From positions 267,579-331,578 of the forward strand of contig CBDCTW010000017.1 of assembly GCA_965222425.1 (NCBI GenBank): 64,000 nucleotides of DNA, in the 5' to 3' direction. A program made the translations under genes and the position numbers. Under the pieces are notes generated by a model. The model was not told the origin of the DNA. It worked only from the letters and a program-made list of their open reading frames with translations, and made no database searches. Shown here one piece after another: positions 50,195 through 60,310 of this stretch; within the stretch, counting starts at the first letter, position 1; every line of letters starts with the position of its first letter. The DNA comes from Candidatus Marinacidobacterales bacterium (GTDB lineage Bacteria > Acidobacteriota > Vicinamibacteria > Marinacidobacterales > DATDRI01).

Positions 50195-50463
50195 ATGAGC
50201 CATATCGATCTTGAATTAACCTATCGGGACGGTCGTCCTCCGCTTGGTTACTTGTACCTTTCTGAAGATCCGAACGAGAAGAGCGAGCACTCCCGCCGGG
50301 TTGAACCTGTGATGGTCATCGACTCAATAAAGACGGCAAGCTCATCGGCATCGAGCTCCTGGCTCCGAGCATGGTGACTCTCGAGGTCATCAGCGGCATC
50401 CTCAAAGCGTACGGAATGGAGCCTCTTAAAAAATCTGACCTGGCCCCGTTTCTCGCTGCCTAG
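50195..50463 (+). pseudogene. DUF2283-family small protein, 1-nt frameshift about 50325-50335
   Basis: MSHIDLELTYRDGRPPLGYLYLSEDP..VEPVMVIDS then in the +2 frame KDGKLIGIELLAPSMVTLEVISGILKAYGMEPL.. (DUF2283 pattern). Confidence 0.4.
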
Positions 50464-50555
50464 ACTAGTCGACCTACCGAATATCGGTGTCCGTCAAGCG
50501 AACCCAGGCGTTCGCCTCCTTCGCCACTGAGTGGAAAAATAGGATATAAAAGGTC

Positions 50556-51302
50556 ATGTCCTTATTGGATCAAGCCTTGTCTGTGCTCAAAGACCTGACG
50601 AGCACAGAGGGAAGGCTCAAGCTACGAATCGACCATAACACCAAGAAGCTCCTCGAGCGGTACGCGCAAAGTGAAGCGCGTATGGACGCAGCGAGGAAGT
50701 TGAAAGCCATCGGCACCCCTCAGGCGATCTATTGTTTGGCACGCCGTTTTTCGGTGACGACCGAGAACCTGGGAGTCGATCAGGACGAAAAGCGATACGT
50801 CCGCGACGAGCTCGTCGGTTTCGGTCAAGAAGTGGTCGAACCACTGAAACTCTATCTTCGTCGCCATAACCAGGTGACGTGGGCGGTAGACGCCCTCAGT
50901 ACGCTCCGTCCCGACGAAGACGTCGCTCCTTTTCTCCTCGAGATCTTGTTTCAGGGCGATCCGGTCCACATTCGAGGAGAAAAGGCCACCCAGATCCTCA
51001 AGGCGCTCGAGTTGATGCACATTGAGGGGGTCGTGGAAGGCGTGATCCCGTGCCTCAAGAGTGCCGATGACACCGTGCGAATTGCAGCTGTCGAGTGCCT
51101 CGAGGTACACGCCGACGAGCGTGCGCGCGAGCCACTACTAGAGGCCCTCGTGAGCGACGAAGAGGACTCCGTCCGCGTCCAGACCCGCATCACCGAGACC
51201 TTGGAGCGACTCGGTTGGGAAGTGACAGGATTCCGAAAAAAAATCGAGGCCGTGTTGCCCGAGCCGTACCGTGTGAGCTCCAAGGGCAAAGTGATCCGCT
51301 AG
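50556..51302 (+). CDS. HEAT/PBS-lyase-type repeat protein
   Basis: Repeated ..D..VR..A...L..... helical hairpins ([39 protein letters not shown]). Confidence 0.55.
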   Translation: MSLLDQALSVLKDLTSTEGRLKLRIDHNTKKLLERYAQSEARMDAARKLKAIGTPQAIYCLARRFSVTTENLGVDQDEKRYVRDELVGFGQEVVEPLKLYLRRHNQVTWAVDALSTLRPDEDVAPFLLEILFQGDPVHIRGEKATQILKALELMHIEGVVEGVIPCLKSADDTVRIAAVECLEVHADERAREPLLEALVSDEEDSVRVQTRITETLERLGWEVTGFRKKIEAVLPEPYRVSSKGKVIR

Positions 51303-52960
51303 TGTTCGATAGGGGTCGCCGTGGTGACCGCTCCGTCCGAAGCCGACGAGACCAGTCGCGCGTATTTGGCCATCACGCCCTTAAGTTTTTCGGTCGAAGG
51401 GGGCTTCCAGCCGGCACGGCGGTCGTCCAAATTCGCCTCGACGTCGAGACGCCGGGCCTCGATGTCGAACCGAATCGTATCGCCCTCCTGTACGAAGGCA
51501 ATGGGGCCTCCGGCCGCGGCTTCCGGCGCGACGTGCCCGACCATGAGGCCGTGCGTAGCACCACTGAAGCGGCCGTCGGTGACGAGCGCTACCGAGTCTC
51601 CTAGCCCTTGGCCAACCAGCGCCGCGGTCACGGCGAGCATCTCCCGCATGCCCGGACCGCCTTTGGGACCTTCGTAGCGAATCACGATGACATCGCCGAG
51701 CCGGATCTCGCCACTTTGTACAGCTCGGAAGGCGTCTTCCTCGCGTTCGAAGACGCGGGCCGGTCCTTCGTGCAGCACTCTTTCATGCCCCGCGAGCTTG
51801 ACGACGCACCCTTCGGGGGCGAGTGACCCGTGTAGGATCGCGAAACCGCCCGAGGCCTTCAGTGGCTTATCCACGGAGCGTATGACGGTTTGCCCGGCAG
51901 TTTCTTTTGCAAGCTTCGCCTCCTCGAAAAGAGTGCGGCCACTGACCGTGGGTTGGTCGTTCAAGAAACCTCCATCCATCAGGCGCTCGGCCAGAAGTCG
52001 CATGCCGCCCGCTCGCTCGAGATCGGGGGCGGTGAAGCGTCCGGCGGGTTTGAGGTCGGCGATGATCGGTGTCTTGGCGGCGATGGCATCGAAGTCCGAA
52101 AGCGCTAGAGGCACGCCTGCCTCCCGGGCGATCGCCAGAAGATGAAGTACCGCGTTGGTCGAACCGCCGGTGGCGGCAACCGACGTGATGGCGTTCTCGA
52201 GCGCGGGGCGGGTGATGATTTTGCTGGGCCGGATGTCTTTTTCCAGGAGCGCCATGACCAGCTCGCCGCACCGGAAGGCCGCCGCGTCCTTTTCCTTCGC
52301 CACTGCCGGGATGTCGTTCACCCCCATCGGGGAGATACCGAGCATCGTCATGGCGGTGGACATCGTATTGGCCGTGAACTGACCGCCACATGCGCCGGCG
52401 CCAGGGCAAGCGTGGTCCTCGAGCTCGTGGAGCTCGGCTTCCGTCATGCGGCCCGCGGCACATGCCCCAACGGCTTCGAAGACATCTTGGATCGTGACGT
52501 CTCGTCCTTGAAAACTCCCCGGAAGGATGGATCCCCCGTAAAGCATTAGGGAGGGAAGATCCAGCCGAACCAAGGCCATCACCGTCCCGGGGATGGTTTT
52601 GTCGCATCCGGAGATGGCGACGACGCCGTCGAAGAGGTGTCCGTCTACCACGAGCTCGATAGAATCGGCGATGATTTCTCTCGACACCAACGACGCCTTC
52701 ATTCCTTCCGAGCCCATCGCGATCCCATCGGAAACGGTGATCGTATTGAACTCGATCGGAGTGCCCCCTGAGGAGCGAACACCCTCTTTCATTTTTTCGG
52801 CGAGCCGACGCAGATGAAAGTTGCAAGGCGTTACTTCGGTCCAAGTATTGGCGACGGCGACGAGCGGCCGTGCCAAGTCCTCGTCGGTGAGGCCAGTGGC
52901 TTTGAGCATCGCGCGGGCAGGCGCACGGGAAAGTCCTTTTTTTACAGCATCGCTACGCAT
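51299..52960 (-). CDS. ilvD: dihydroxy-acid dehydratase
   Basis: [29 protein letters not shown].., full-length ILVD_EDD family including CPGAGACGG. Confidence 0.9.
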   Translation of the reverse strand: MRSDAVKKGLSRAPARAMLKATGLTDEDLARPLVAVANTWTEVTPCNFHLRRLAEKMKEGVRSSGGTPIEFNTITVSDGIAMGSEGMKASLVSREIIADSIELVVDGHLFDGVVAISGCDKTIPGTVMALVRLDLPSLMLYGGSILPGSFQGRDVTIQDVFEAVGACAAGRMTEAELHELEDHACPGAGACGGQFTANTMSTAMTMLGISPMGVNDIPAVAKEKDAAAFRCGELVMALLEKDIRPSKIITRPALENAITSVAATGGSTNAVLHLLAIAREAGVPLALSDFDAIAAKTPIIADLKPAGRFTAPDLERAGGMRLLAERLMDGGFLNDQPTVSGRTLFEEAKLAKETAGQTVIRSVDKPLKASGGFAILHGSLAPEGCVVKLAGHERVLHEGPARVFEREEDAFRAVQSGEIRLGDVIVIRYEGPKGGPGMREMLAVTAALVGQGLGDSVALVTDGRFSGATHGLMVGHVAPEAAAGGPIAFVQEGDTIRFDIEARRLDVEANLDDRRAGWKPPSTEKLKGVMAKYARLVSSASDGAVTTATPIEH

Positions 52961-53086
52961 GTTCTCTCCATTCTCGCCGGAGTATACATCACGCGGTCGT
53001 TGCTTCCGGGGCACTAAGCGCTTTCGAACGTTTGATTACGTTGGAGCGAGCCGATAGTCTGCGGCTCCACCAAGATCGGGAGGGGT

Positions 53087-54619
53087 ATGGAGGACGAGAG
53101 TACCCAACAGGCTCAACAGGCCAAACAGGCCCAACATGGACGACGCCAGGGATCCCACCTTCCACCTCTAGCGTCCGCCGAACTACCTTCTTATCCGGGC
53201 AATTTCTGGCGACTGGTTGGGCCGGGAGCGGTCCTGGTTGGCCTATCTATTGGAGCGGGCGAACTGATCATTTGGCCGACCGCGGTCGGGCGCTACGGCG
53301 CGGGCATGATATGGGCCGCCGGTATCGGGATTCTTCTGCAAATGGTCATCAACCTCGAGGTGGCGCGCTACGCGCTGGCCACTGGCGAGACCGCCTACAC
53401 CGGTTACGCTCGATTGTGGCGGGGCTTCGCTATCGTATTTGTGCTCCTCAACCTCACCTCATGGCTCTTACCGGGTTGGGCCAGAAGCTGTGGGGTAGCG
53501 CTTCGTGCGCTGGTGCTCGGCCCTCGCGTCACGCCCCTCGAGGGGGGCCCGGATTGGGTGTGGACCGCTCTTGCCTTCTTCGTTGTGGCGCTCATGCTGT
53601 TCGGTCCCAAGGTGATCTATCGATCGGTGGAGCGATGGACTTCGTTGATGGTCGTCGTTGCGATAGTCGGTTTGGTGAGCCTCGCGGTGCTGCTCGGTAG
53701 AAGTGATCTTTGGCTCGCCGTCGCGAAGGGAGCCGTCAACCTGGGACACAAAGAACCGGCCGTGAGCTACCCCCAGTTCTTTAGCTGGATCGTTTTCGCG
53801 GGCGCCGGAGGGACGGCGAATCTTTTTTTCTGTTTCTACTTACGCGACAAGAACATGGGGATGGGGGGCCGCATTCCGGTCTTGACCAACGTTCTTCGCG
53901 ACCGCGAACCGAGAGAGTCCCTCACCGGCTATCGTTTTCCCGACGATGCGGAGAACGGGAGTCGGTGGCGGCGCTGGTGGCTTCATGCGGTTCGAGAGCA
54001 GGTCCTTTTCTTCTGGTTTCTGAACACCTTAACCATCCTGCTCTTCATCTTTGCTTCGCTGGCCGTGGTCTACCCATTGACACAATCGGGCGTCGTCCAG
54101 TGGGAAGGGTTGCGGGCTTTCTATGAAGGAAAGGAGATCAGCTTTCTCGCGTTGGAGGCGGTGGCTTTGGGAAATGTATTTGCGCCACTCACAACGTTAT
54201 TCCTACTCGTTGCGGTCGCGACGCTCCTGTCCACTCAACTGACTCTGGTGGACGGGGTCGCGCGCAGCTTGTCCGACATCGTCCACACGAATTTCGCCGC
54301 GGCTCGAAAGCGACCCCTCGGTTTCTGGTATGTGGTGGTGGCCGCTGCCTGGATTCTCCTCGGTTGTTTTCTCACTTACGTATTGGAATCCAGTACCCGG
54401 GCTCAGAGCTTCCTGTTCTTGACCGGCTTCTCCGGAGGGATCGCGATGGCGATCTACTGTCCATTGACCCTGGTGATGAACCGGCGTTTCCTTCCGGCGG
54501 CCGCGACGCCCGGACGGTTGATGACGACGCTGATGGCCTTGACCAGCCTTTTCTACATCGGCTGCGCGGTCTACTCTGTGCTGACCCTTCTTCAGGGTTG
54601 GCTAGGCCCTGTCTACTAA
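53087..54619 (+). CDS. polytopic membrane transporter, NRAMP/SLC11-like (putative)
   Basis: About 11-12 TM; N-terminal GPGAVLVGLSIGAGELIIWPT..GAGMIWAAGIGILLQMVINLEVARYALATGE recalls the Nramp first helices but lacks DPGN; assignment weak. Confidence 0.4.
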   Translation: MEDESTQQAQQAKQAQHGRRQGSHLPPLASAELPSYPGNFWRLVGPGAVLVGLSIGAGELIIWPTAVGRYGAGMIWAAGIGILLQMVINLEVARYALATGETAYTGYARLWRGFAIVFVLLNLTSWLLPGWARSCGVALRALVLGPRVTPLEGGPDWVWTALAFFVVALMLFGPKVIYRSVERWTSLMVVVAIVGLVSLAVLLGRSDLWLAVAKGAVNLGHKEPAVSYPQFFSWIVFAGAGGTANLFFCFYLRDKNMGMGGRIPVLTNVLRDREPRESLTGYRFPDDAENGSRWRRWWLHAVREQVLFFWFLNTLTILLFIFASLAVVYPLTQSGVVQWEGLRAFYEGKEISFLALEAVALGNVFAPLTTLFLLVAVATLLSTQLTLVDGVARSLSDIVHTNFAAARKRPLGFWYVVVAAAWILLGCFLTYVLESSTRAQSFLFLTGFSGGIAMAIYCPLTLVMNRRFLPAAATPGRLMTTLMALTSLFYIGCAVYSVLTLLQGWLGPVY

Positions 54620-54620
54620 C

Positions 54621-54669
54621 TTGACCCCGGGCCCCACATGCGCTACACTAGGAGCTACCGACCGGTCGG
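54621..54669 (+). promoter_or_regulatory. candidate ilvB promoter (TTGACC - 17 nt - TACACT) followed by a 12-bp perfect palindrome CCGACCGGTCGG
   Basis: TTGACC 54621-54626, TACACT 54644-54649, palindrome 54658-54669; 38 nt before the ilvB ATG. Confidence 0.3.
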
Positions 54670-54706
54670 TCGGGATATTATTCTGGGAGAAATCTCGAGA
54701 GCCAAA

Positions 54707-56410
54707 ATGAAACAAACCGGCGCACAGATCATCTGGGAAGTGTTGACACGAGAGGGGATAGAGGTCGTCTTCGGCTATCCAGGGGGTGCGATCCTTCCGG
54801 CCTACGATGCGCTCGTGGATTATCCCGTCCGACACGTTTTGGTTCGTCACGAGCAGGGCGCCGCGCATATGGCCGACGGCTATGCCCGAGCCTCGGGACG
54901 GGTCGGCGTCGCCATAGCGACGTCTGGTCCGGGTGCCACGAACCTCGTCACCGGCATCGCCACCGCGAGGCTGGATTCATCACCCATCCTTTGCATAACT
55001 GGACAAGTTCCGAGCGGAGTGATCGGCACCGACGCCTTTCAAGAGGTCGACTTCACAGGCATCACGCTTCCCATCACAAAACACAGTTACTTGGTCACGC
55101 GCCCCGAGGATATTGCGGGAGCATTGAAAGAGGCGCTGTACATCGCCAACTCCGGACGACCCGGGCCGGTGCTGGTCGACATCTCCAAAGATGCTCAACA
55201 GGGTAGCTGCGATTTCGAGTGGGACGACTCGCCGGTTCGACTGCCAGGTTATCGGCCCGACCTCCGTGCTCTCCCCAAAGACTTCGAACAATCGATCGAG
55301 CTCATCAACGAGGCGAAGCGTCCCATTATCCTCGCAGGACACGGAGTCCTCATGTCCGGTGCCACCCAGGTGCTCTTGGATTTCGTCGAGAAGACACGTA
55401 TTCCGGTTGCCTCGACGCTTCTCGGCCTGGGCGGATTTCCAGCCAGCCATCCACTCAGTCTCGGTATGATGGGTATGCACGGAGAAGCCTGGGTCAACAA
55501 CGCGATTCAGGAAGCGGATCTGTTATTGGCGTTCGGTATGCGTTTCGATGACCGGGTCATCGGCAGGCCGGAGACCTATGCGGTCAACGCGCGGAAGATC
55601 CACGTCGAGATCGACGCGACCGAAATCAATAAGAACATCAAGGTCGACGTTGGAATCGTCGGTGATCTACGAGAGACGTTGGAAGTTTTTCTCGAAGGCA
55701 CTGATTCGCGCGATCGCACGGAGTGGCACGAGCGGATGCGGGAGCTCAAGGGGGACTCGGCGGTCCGGGACGTGCTCCAACTTGCCGACAGTGGGCACCT
55801 CTATGCCGCACACGTCATCAACGACCTTTGGGTTTACACCGAAGGAAAAGCTCTCGTGGTCACCGACGTCGGGCAGCATCAGATGTGGGAAGCCCAATAC
55901 TACAAGCATGATTATCCGCGAAAGCTCATCACATCGGGTGGGCTTGGCACCATGGGCTTCGCGCTTCCCGCTGCCATCGGGGCGAAGATGGCCAAACCCG
56001 ACGAGGAAGTATGGGTAATCGTGGGTGACGGCGGGATTCAGATGACGGCAGCGGAACTCTCGACCTGCGCGCAAGAAGAAATCAAGGTCAACGTCGCGAT
56101 CATCAACAACGGCTACCTCGGTATGGTGCGGCAATGGCAAGAGTTCTTCTACGGCGGAAGGTACAGCGCGACACCCATGCGTAACCCTGACTTCGTCAAG
56201 CTTGCTGAAGCTCATGGTTTGGCGGGGCTGCGCGTGGATCGACGCGAGGAGATCAAGGACGCCGTCGAGCAAGCCCGCGCGGAGCCCGGCTCGGTGGTCA
56301 TCGATTTCAAAGTGGAGAAGGAAGACACCGTCTTCCCCATGGTCGCGGCCGGAGCCGATCTAAACGAGATGATTCGCCGGCCATTACCGGTCGCCAACAA
56401 AGAAAAGTAG
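54707..56410 (+). CDS. ilvB: acetolactate synthase large subunit
   Basis: MKQTGAQIIWEVLTREGIEVVFGYPGG.., TPP/FAD-binding AHAS catalytic subunit. Confidence 0.9.
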   Translation: MKQTGAQIIWEVLTREGIEVVFGYPGGAILPAYDALVDYPVRHVLVRHEQGAAHMADGYARASGRVGVAIATSGPGATNLVTGIATARLDSSPILCITGQVPSGVIGTDAFQEVDFTGITLPITKHSYLVTRPEDIAGALKEALYIANSGRPGPVLVDISKDAQQGSCDFEWDDSPVRLPGYRPDLRALPKDFEQSIELINEAKRPIILAGHGVLMSGATQVLLDFVEKTRIPVASTLLGLGGFPASHPLSLGMMGMHGEAWVNNAIQEADLLLAFGMRFDDRVIGRPETYAVNARKIHVEIDATEINKNIKVDVGIVGDLRETLEVFLEGTDSRDRTEWHERMRELKGDSAVRDVLQLADSGHLYAAHVINDLWVYTEGKALVVTDVGQHQMWEAQYYKHDYPRKLITSGGLGTMGFALPAAIGAKMAKPDEEVWVIVGDGGIQMTAAELSTCAQEEIKVNVAIINNGYLGMVRQWQEFFYGGRYSATPMRNPDFVKLAEAHGLAGLRVDRREEIKDAVEQARAEPGSVVIDFKVEKEDTVFPMVAAGADLNEMIRRPLPVANKEK

Positions 56411-56416
56411 GGATAC

Positions 56417-57010
56417 GTGCCAAATAAAGCGGGTCAAGCCAAGCCGAAGTCACTCCGGACATTCGTCGTGTATGTCGAAGACAAGCCCGGTGTTCTCAAC
56501 CGGGCGGTGTCTTTGTTTCGTCGACGAAATTTCAACATCGACTCGCTGGCCGTCGGTCACTCGGATCAGCCCGGTGTTTCCCGAATGACGATCGTGATAG
56601 AAGCCGATGCCAGAACCGCCCGACTGGTTGAGGCAAACCTCTACAAGTTGGTCAATGTCTTGCGGGTCGAGGATGTGAGCCAGAGCCCGGCGGTGATGCG
56701 GGACCTCGCGCTCATCAAGGTGCGCGCCACCGCGGAGGAGCGTCCCCAGGTTCTTCAGATCGTCGAAGTATTCCGGGCCCGCGTCGTGGACGTCACGACC
56801 GATGCGCTAATGGTGGAGATCACCGGCACCGAGGACAAGATCGAAGGGCTTCTGGATGTGCTGCGGCCGTTCGGCATCATCGAAATGGCGCGCACCGGCA
56901 CGGTTGCGATGCGGCGCGGATCCGAGGCCGCGACCGTCGACCCTGGGTTCGTCCATGCACGAGTGCCAAATGGTTTGCGCGAAGAACCTGCCCATCCCGC
57001 GATCGGCTAA
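56417..57010 (+). CDS. ilvN: acetolactate synthase small (regulatory) subunit
   Basis: GTG start; ACT domain ..TFVVYVEDKPGVLNRAVSLFRRRNFNIDSLAVG..SRMTIV.. plus ALS_ss_C. Confidence 0.85.
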   Translation: MPNKAGQAKPKSLRTFVVYVEDKPGVLNRAVSLFRRRNFNIDSLAVGHSDQPGVSRMTIVIEADARTARLVEANLYKLVNVLRVEDVSQSPAVMRDLALIKVRATAEERPQVLQIVEVFRARVVDVTTDALMVEITGTEDKIEGLLDVLRPFGIIEMARTGTVAMRRGSEAATVDPGFVHARVPNGLREEPAHPAIG

Positions 57011-57034
57011 AGGATTCGAAAAGGAGCAACGTTT

Positions 57035-58048
57035 ATGGCAAAGATCTACTACGACAAGGATGCGGATCTCTCGCTCATCCTAGAGAAAAAAATCGCTATC
57101 ATCGGCTATGGATCGCAGGGCCACGCTCACGCCTTGAACCTGCAGGACAGCGGCGTATCGGTTCGAGTGGCCTTGAGACCGGACAGCAAGCGTCGGGCCA
57201 TCGCGAAGGAGCAGGGCGTCGAAGTCACCGACGTCTCGGAAGCTTCTAAGTGGGCCGACGTCATCATGGTGCTCGCTCCCGACACCAAGCAGCCGAAAAT
57301 CTACGAGGACGAGATTGCGCCTCACTTGGAGTCGGGCAATACGCTGATGTTTAGCCACGGATTCAACATTAGGTACGGGACGATCACGCCTCCGAAGAAT
57401 ATCGACGTCAGCATGATCGCGCCCAAAGCGCCGGGACACCGTGTGCGAGAGACCTACGTGGCTCAGCAGGGGACACCGGCACTCTTGGCCGTGGAGCAAG
57501 ACGTTAGTGGGCAGGCGGAAGAGCAGGCGCTTTCCTACGCCAAGGCCCTAGGTGCCACGCGGGCCGGCGTCTTGGTCACGACTTTTGCGGAGGAGACCGA
57601 GACCGACCTTTTCGGCGAGCAAGCCGTGCTTTGCGGCGGCGTGTCGGCTCTGGTCAAGGCCGGTTTCAACACGCTGGTCAAGGCTGGCTACCAGCCCGAG
57701 GTGGCCTATTTCGAGTGCCTTCACGAGCTGAAGCTCATCGTCGATCTGATGTACCGGGGCGGCTTGAACTACATGCGCTATTCAATCAGCGACACCGCCG
57801 AGCATGGCGACTACACGGGAGGTCCACGCATCGTGAATGAGGAGACCATCAAGGAGATGGAGAAGATGCTCTGTGACATCAAGGACGGGACCTACGCTCG
57901 AGGATGGATCGAAGAGAACAAGGCGGGACGGCCCGAGTTCAACAAGATACGCGCCAATGAGCAGGAGCAGCTTCTCGAGCGTGTCGGCGCGGAACTTCGG
58001 GAGATGATTCCGTTCCTGGATCCGGTGAGGGTTCGCCCCGGTGATTAG
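57035..58048 (+). CDS. ilvC: ketol-acid reductoisomerase
   Basis: [36 protein letters not shown].., class I KARI. Confidence 0.95.
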   Translation: MAKIYYDKDADLSLILEKKIAIIGYGSQGHAHALNLQDSGVSVRVALRPDSKRRAIAKEQGVEVTDVSEASKWADVIMVLAPDTKQPKIYEDEIAPHLESGNTLMFSHGFNIRYGTITPPKNIDVSMIAPKAPGHRVRETYVAQQGTPALLAVEQDVSGQAEEQALSYAKALGATRAGVLVTTFAEETETDLFGEQAVLCGGVSALVKAGFNTLVKAGYQPEVAYFECLHELKLIVDLMYRGGLNYMRYSISDTAEHGDYTGGPRIVNEETIKEMEKMLCDIKDGTYARGWIEENKAGRPEFNKIRANEQEQLLERVGAELREMIPFLDPVRVRPGD

Positions 58049-58056
58049 CGCCGACG

Positions 58057-58404
58057 TTGGCGCTTTCCGAGTCCACGAAGAGTCGGATCTTCACCGTCTT
58101 CTGGGGGGTGGCCCAAGCGATCGTCGCGTTGTTGGCGCAAAGGGCCTCTTCCGCACTCGAGGCCGGGCTCGCGGCTTTGTCGTACGCGTCGGGTCCCACG
58201 GTGGGTGCTTTCTTGCTCGGTGTATCGAGCCCTCGAGTCACATCGACGGGGACTCTGATCGGGATGTTGGCGGGCCTGACCGCGCCCACGCTGGTCGGCC
58301 TTTTGACCCCTTTGGCCTGGACCTGGAATGTCGCGGTCGGGGCAATTACCACATATTCCGTGGGCTACCTATGCTCCCGAATTCTGACGAAGCGCTCACT
58401 TTGA
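58057..58404 (+). pseudogene. C-terminal fragment (3 helices) of a sodium:solute symporter-like membrane protein
   Basis: ..LSYASGPTVGAFLLGVSSPRVTSTGTLIGMLAGLTAPTLV.. resembles the SSS C-terminus; no N-terminal body. Confidence 0.35.
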
Positions 58405-58474
58405 GCGTAGGACCACTGTCAATTGAATTATGATGTGGGGCCGAACTAGAGAGGTTCTTTAAGGAGGAGATGCA

Positions 58475-59089
58475 ATGAGTGAATCCGGAAACGGGCTACG
58501 AGTTGGACATCCGGTGCCTAATTTCGAGCTCGCGACATACGATCCAGTAAAGGAAGACTTCGGGACGATCAGCCTCGATGGTCTGAAGTCACAGAATAAA
58601 TGGACTATCCTGTTCTTCTATCCCGCCGACTTCACATTCGTCTGAGCGACTGAATTTGCTGCTCTGGCAGAGCAGTACGATCGTTTCAAGAAAATGGGTG
58701 CGGAGATCGTCACCGTTAGCTGTGACACGCAGTTCGTGCACCTCGCGTGGAGACGGCACGAGAAAGAATTGGCGAACGTCAAGTATCCGATGGGCGCCGA
58801 CCCGACCGGCAACGTGGGCAGGATGTTCGGCGTTTACGAAGAAGGAGCGGGGCTGGCTCTGCGAGGGACATTCATCATCAACCCTGAGGGAACGCTTCTG
58901 AACTCAGAGGTGAATTTTTTCAACATGGGGCGAAACATCGACGAGCTGATGAGGAAGTTCAAGGCCAATCTCTATCTGGCGAAGAAACAGGCAGAGGCCT
59001 GCCCTGCCAAGTGGAAGGACGAAGGAGATCAAACCTTGACTCCGGGTCCCGAGCTGGTAGGCCGGGTCCACGAGGCCCTGCAGAAATAA
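58475..59089 (+). CDS. 2-Cys peroxiredoxin (AhpC/Prx1 type) with in-frame TGA at the peroxidatic-Cys codon (58643-58645): candidate selenoprotein
   Basis: AAGGAGG RBS. ..WTILFFYPADFTFV[TGA]ATEFAALAEQYDRFKKMGAEIVTVSCDTQFVHLAW..; frame continuous across TGA. Resolving Cys in EACPAKW. The ORF track starts at internal Met 58694. Confidence 0.65.
58657..58677 (+). promoter_or_regulatory. SECIS-like hairpin 11 nt downstream of the in-frame UGA
   Basis: GCUGCUCU / AGAGCAGU-type stem (8 bp incl. one G-U) 58657-58664 / 58670-58677, apical loop UGGCA. Confidence 0.45.
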
Positions 59090-59096
59090 GCACTTG

Positions 59097-59136
59097 GGGG
59101 CAGGTGATTTTTCTTAATTACCTGTCCCTACTTTTT
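59097..59136 (+). terminator. possible intrinsic terminator after the peroxiredoxin gene
   Basis: 9-bp stem GGGGCAGGT / ACCTGTCCC (one G-U), 14-nt loop, then UACUUUUU. Confidence 0.35.
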
Positions 59137-59137
59137 C

Positions 59138-60265
59138 CTAAGCAGGTTGAGGCGTCTTGGAGCGCAGGGAAAGAAGCTTTTCCGAGAGATCCCAGCCGCG
59201 GCTCGACTCCGAGAACGGACAAACCTCGAGACATATCGCACACCCGTAATTGTCGCTGAAGTACGGCACGCAGCGATCGAAGTCCACGTACCATTTCTGT
59301 GTGCCGCGCACCCATTGCTTTTCGTCCGCGATGGCGTCCGGTGGGCATTCGACCGTGCAGACGCGACACCGGGTGCAAAGATCCTCGACTCCGATGTCGA
59401 CGGGTTGATCCACCGCCATCGGTAGGTCGGTGACGACCGACGTCAGTCGAAAATTAGAGCCGTACTCTTTCGATATCAGTGAGCCGTGTTTGCCCAGCTC
59501 GCCCAGGCCCGCGGCGATGGCAATGGGGATGTGGAGGTACTCGCCGCTGCTGTTGATGGGCAGTCCCTCGGCCGGCCATCCCATCGAGCGAATGTGGCGG
59601 GTCAGGTCCACGGTGAGCTTGGAGCAACGATGGTAGACCCGCAAGACCTCGCGCCCCGACTTGAGGCGCGGTGCTTGTAACATGATCTCGCGATCCATCG
59701 GGAAGCCCAGCGCGATGGCGTAGCGATAGGGGGAGCTGGCTCCCTCGATCAGGAACTGATCGCGCATCTTGCAGATCCCGACGATACCCGCGCCCAACTC
59801 TTTCGCCTTCGCCTTGATCTCGGCGGCCATGGCCGCGGGATCGGTGACCACTCGGCGCTGGCTGGCTATCTTGCCTTGTGGACGAAAGGCCAACCACATG
59901 CTCTTGAGCAGACGCGGCAACATCCATCCCGGATACGTGTAACGAAAGTGGGTTTGCATCTCGTCCCACGGCAGCGGGCCGGTTTTGAAATTTGAGTGGA
60001 AGACGTAGCTCGCTCGGCGTGATGAGGTTTCCCCCAGGCCGTTGATCTTGTTCCCCGAAGGCGGCGCATCACGATACACGAAAACGGACTCGGCGGGAGG
60101 CCGTGACTTCAGTTTCACTGTATTGACCTCATATGTAGTACTTCTCTCCTCTCCATTTGAGGTAGCGGCGACGCATTCGAATCGCGGTGCCGATGGTGAG
60201 GTGCCGCACCGAGTACGCGAGAGCAGGGGGGAGAAAGTGCCAGAGTCGGATCCAGAAGGAGTCAC
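59138..60265 (-). CDS. QueG/RdhA-superfamily iron-sulfur protein (epoxyqueuosine reductase- or reductive-dehalogenase-like)
   Basis: ..IGKHGSLISKEYGSNFRLTSVVTDLPM..CTRCRVCTVECPPDAI..CAICLEVCPF: two 4Fe-4S ferredoxin motifs after a QueG/RdhA-like core. Confidence 0.5.
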   Translation of the reverse strand: MTPSGSDSGTFSPLLSRTRCGTSPSAPRFECVAATSNGEERSTTYEVNTVKLKSRPPAESVFVYRDAPPSGNKINGLGETSSRRASYVFHSNFKTGPLPWDEMQTHFRYTYPGWMLPRLLKSMWLAFRPQGKIASQRRVVTDPAAMAAEIKAKAKELGAGIVGICKMRDQFLIEGASSPYRYAIALGFPMDREIMLQAPRLKSGREVLRVYHRCSKLTVDLTRHIRSMGWPAEGLPINSSGEYLHIPIAIAAGLGELGKHGSLISKEYGSNFRLTSVVTDLPMAVDQPVDIGVEDLCTRCRVCTVECPPDAIADEKQWVRGTQKWYVDFDRCVPYFSDNYGCAICLEVCPFSESSRGWDLSEKLLSLRSKTPQPA

Positions 60266-60310
60266 TCTCTATCTGGGGAAGGACTGGTCGATGCGCGGAC
60301 TTCATCGCGG

